From sequence record CM128349.1: 32,000 nt of DNA, one strand, 5' to 3'. Of the stretch, positions 30,154-32,000 are shown piece by piece. A program made the translations under genes and the position numbers. The notes beneath the pieces were generated by a model, which had not been told where the DNA came from, ran no database searches, and was given only the letters and a program-made list of their open reading frames with translations. Each line of letters starts with the position of its first letter. Within the stretch, counting starts at the first letter, position 1.

Positions 30154-30637
30154 ATAAATAAATGGTTGTTTAATTAAAAATCTATATATTTATAAATAAA
30201 TATTTAACTTTGTATAATTATGTTATATTTAATATAATATAATATAATTATTAATATTTTTATTAATAATTTTTAATTTAGTCACAATTGCATATAATCT
30301 TTTAAATAAATATATAAAAGAGAGTTAAGAAATCTAAAACTGTGATTTTTTATTTTAAATTAGTTTGAATCGGCAGTAATTTAAACGTTGTGTTTTTAAA
30401 CAATAGTTTATTAATTGCTTATTTTAGCTAAAATTAAATAAAGAATTAAGTCAAGGTCCAAAGTTAAATATGGTATATCTTAAGAACAAAATTAATTTTG
30501 TGGGTAAAATAGAACAGAGTATTTTAACTTTTATTTATATTAATAATTTTATATCTAACACTTTAGTCTGTTATTAAGGTAAACTATTGGTAAAACAAAT
30601 AGTTTAACCTAAAAAATATAATTAATAAAAGTTATTT

Positions 30638-30653
30638 AAATTAACCCCTATAC
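30638..30653 (+). promoter_or_regulatory. orphan C-rich motif (AAATTAACCCCTATA) between nad5 and rnl
   Basis: The C4 run at 30645-30648 has the same flank as the cox2 and cox3 copies. No recognisable gene ends just upstream of it. Confidence 0.4.
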
Positions 30654-30838
30654 CTTAACCTATTAATATTTAGAAAGAATTCAGTAATATAAAACTAAAA
30701 TTATAGTTATACTAAAAAAATAGGACAAATAGTAAATACTTACTCCACTAAAGTTTTTATTTAGCTATTTGTTAGAACTATACTAAATTAATTGTTTTAT
30801 AAATTACATAACTTGTTTTATAGATATTCTAACTCTTT

Positions 30839-30872
30839 GGCCTCTATAATTATTAATATTTTTATAGGGGCC
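30839..30872. other. 11-bp hairpin GGCCTCTATAA-(12 nt)-TTATAGGGGCC about 105 nt upstream of rnl
   Basis: Read directly. All 11 positions pair, one of them as G-U. Confidence 0.75.
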
Positions 30873-30978
30873 TCATTTGTTTACTCTAAAGATAGTACAT
30901 AATTATAAATATATAATTATAAAAGTATCGATGACAATATTGTTATAACATCAAAAAATAATAAAAAGTATTTTAAAG

Positions 30979-32000
30979 GGGTTATTAAGGAAAACTAAGG
31001 CAAATTTATAAAAAAGGAGGTATTACACCAAATGCTTCAAAAATAATCTATTTTATATTTTTAATGTAAAATGATATTTCAATTTGAAAAATAAGCGATC
31101 CTAAAGGGAAACCTTGATTAATAATTACTTCCTGAAGTAAAACATTTTATTAGGGAAAGGAAAGGAAATCAACCGAGACTCCGAAAGTAATGGTGAGTGA
31201 AATCGGATTAGCCTAAATTATAATATAATTTGAATACTAACAATTAAATGAGTTAGTGACTAAAAATTTAGTACCATAGAAGGTCAAAAACATAAGTCCT
31301 GTAGAATTATATTATAATTTTATAAATATATACGACTGTTAATTATAATAAATTTATTTTAATAGAATAAAAATATTATAATTAATTAGTAAAATATAAA
31401 GTACAATGAGAGAAAACTTGTTGGAATATAGGGGAACCATCCTCTAAGGCTAAGTATTATAAATTTAGCGATAGTGAATAAGTACTGTAAAGGAAAAGTT
31501 TGAAAAGCAAGTAGTATACTTAATAATTTTTATAAATTAATATAGTTCTAATCGAGCATAATTAAAATATAAAAATTTGGTGAAATAGATCATGAATTAG
31601 TAACTCTATAAGCAGTCGAAATTTTAATTAAAAAATGACGGCGTACCTTTTGCATAATGGGTCAGCAAGTTAATAGGAGTAGCAAGGTTAAAAGCCCTAG
31701 CGAAAGCGACTAGACTATAAATTATAAAATTATAATAAATATAGTGATGGATAAGTTACTTCTATTAGACCCGAAGCCAGGTGATCTTACCAAGACCAGA
31801 TTATAATGGATCGAACGGGTGAATGTTGCATAATTCTCCGATGAGTTTTGGTAAGCGGTGAAATGCCAATCTGACCTGGTGCTAGCTGGTTTTCTACCGA
31901 AACATATTTAAGTATGACATCTACACAAGATTTATGGAGGTACAGCAAGGCAATTCCCAACAAGTTTAATATTAATTTATTAATAATAAATAAGTTTAGG
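30979..32000 (+). rRNA. rnl: mitochondrial large-subunit rRNA, 5' part (continues beyond window)
   Basis: 23S domain I/II blocks occur in order. GGTTATTAAGGAAAACTAAGGCA lies at about 30979 and GGAAATCAACCGAGACTCCGAAAGTAATGGTGAGTGAA at about 31163. CGATAGTGAATAAGTACTGTAAAGGAAAAG lies at about 31469 and GTACCTTTTGCATAATGGGTCAGCAAG at about 31644. GACCCGAAGCCAGGTGATCT lies at about 31768 and GCTAGCTGGTTTTCTACCGAAA at about 31882. The 5' end is approximate. Confidence 0.9.

Overview
The window is strongly AT-rich, fungal-type mitochondrial DNA. The fungal hallmarks are a nad4L/nad5 1-nt overlap, abutting nad2-nad3, a free-standing rps3, and atp8 plus atp9. It is almost a whole mitogenome; nad6, the rest of rnl and a few tRNAs lie outside the window.

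I can support rns, the 5' third of rnl, 14 protein genes and 21 tRNAs. The protein genes are nad4, cox2, cob, nad1, atp6, cox3, cox1, rps3, atp9, nad2, nad3, atp8, nad4L and nad5. They fall into five strand blocks:
- plus: rns-V-C-H-L
- minus: rps3 through trnK (3378-22335)
- plus: atp9-nad2-nad3-atp8
- minus: F-T-Q
- plus: nad4L-nad5-rnl

No introns, homing-endonuclease ORFs, plasmid-type polymerases or CRISPR arrays are visible.

Points worth a second look:
1. Three otherwise well conserved genes (nad4, cox1, nad4L) have broken reading frames at low-complexity runs, while 11 others are intact.
2. A TTAAACCCCC-type motif follows rns and every protein-coding unit in sense orientation. There are also two orphan copies.
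3. More than 20 short hairpin or palindrome elements, built on TTGCT..AGCAA stems and often centred on GCTAGC, are scattered through the spacers. A few unusually GC-rich perfect hairpins sit at strand-switch points and upstream of rnl.
4. No in-frame TGA occurs in any intact gene, and the tRNA-Trp carries anticodon CCA. UGA therefore does not appear to be reassigned to Trp.
5. Several exact spacer repeats occur, including an identical 21-mer exactly 564 nt upstream of both cob and nad1.

I cannot distinguish sequencing error from biology for the frameshifts using sequence alone.
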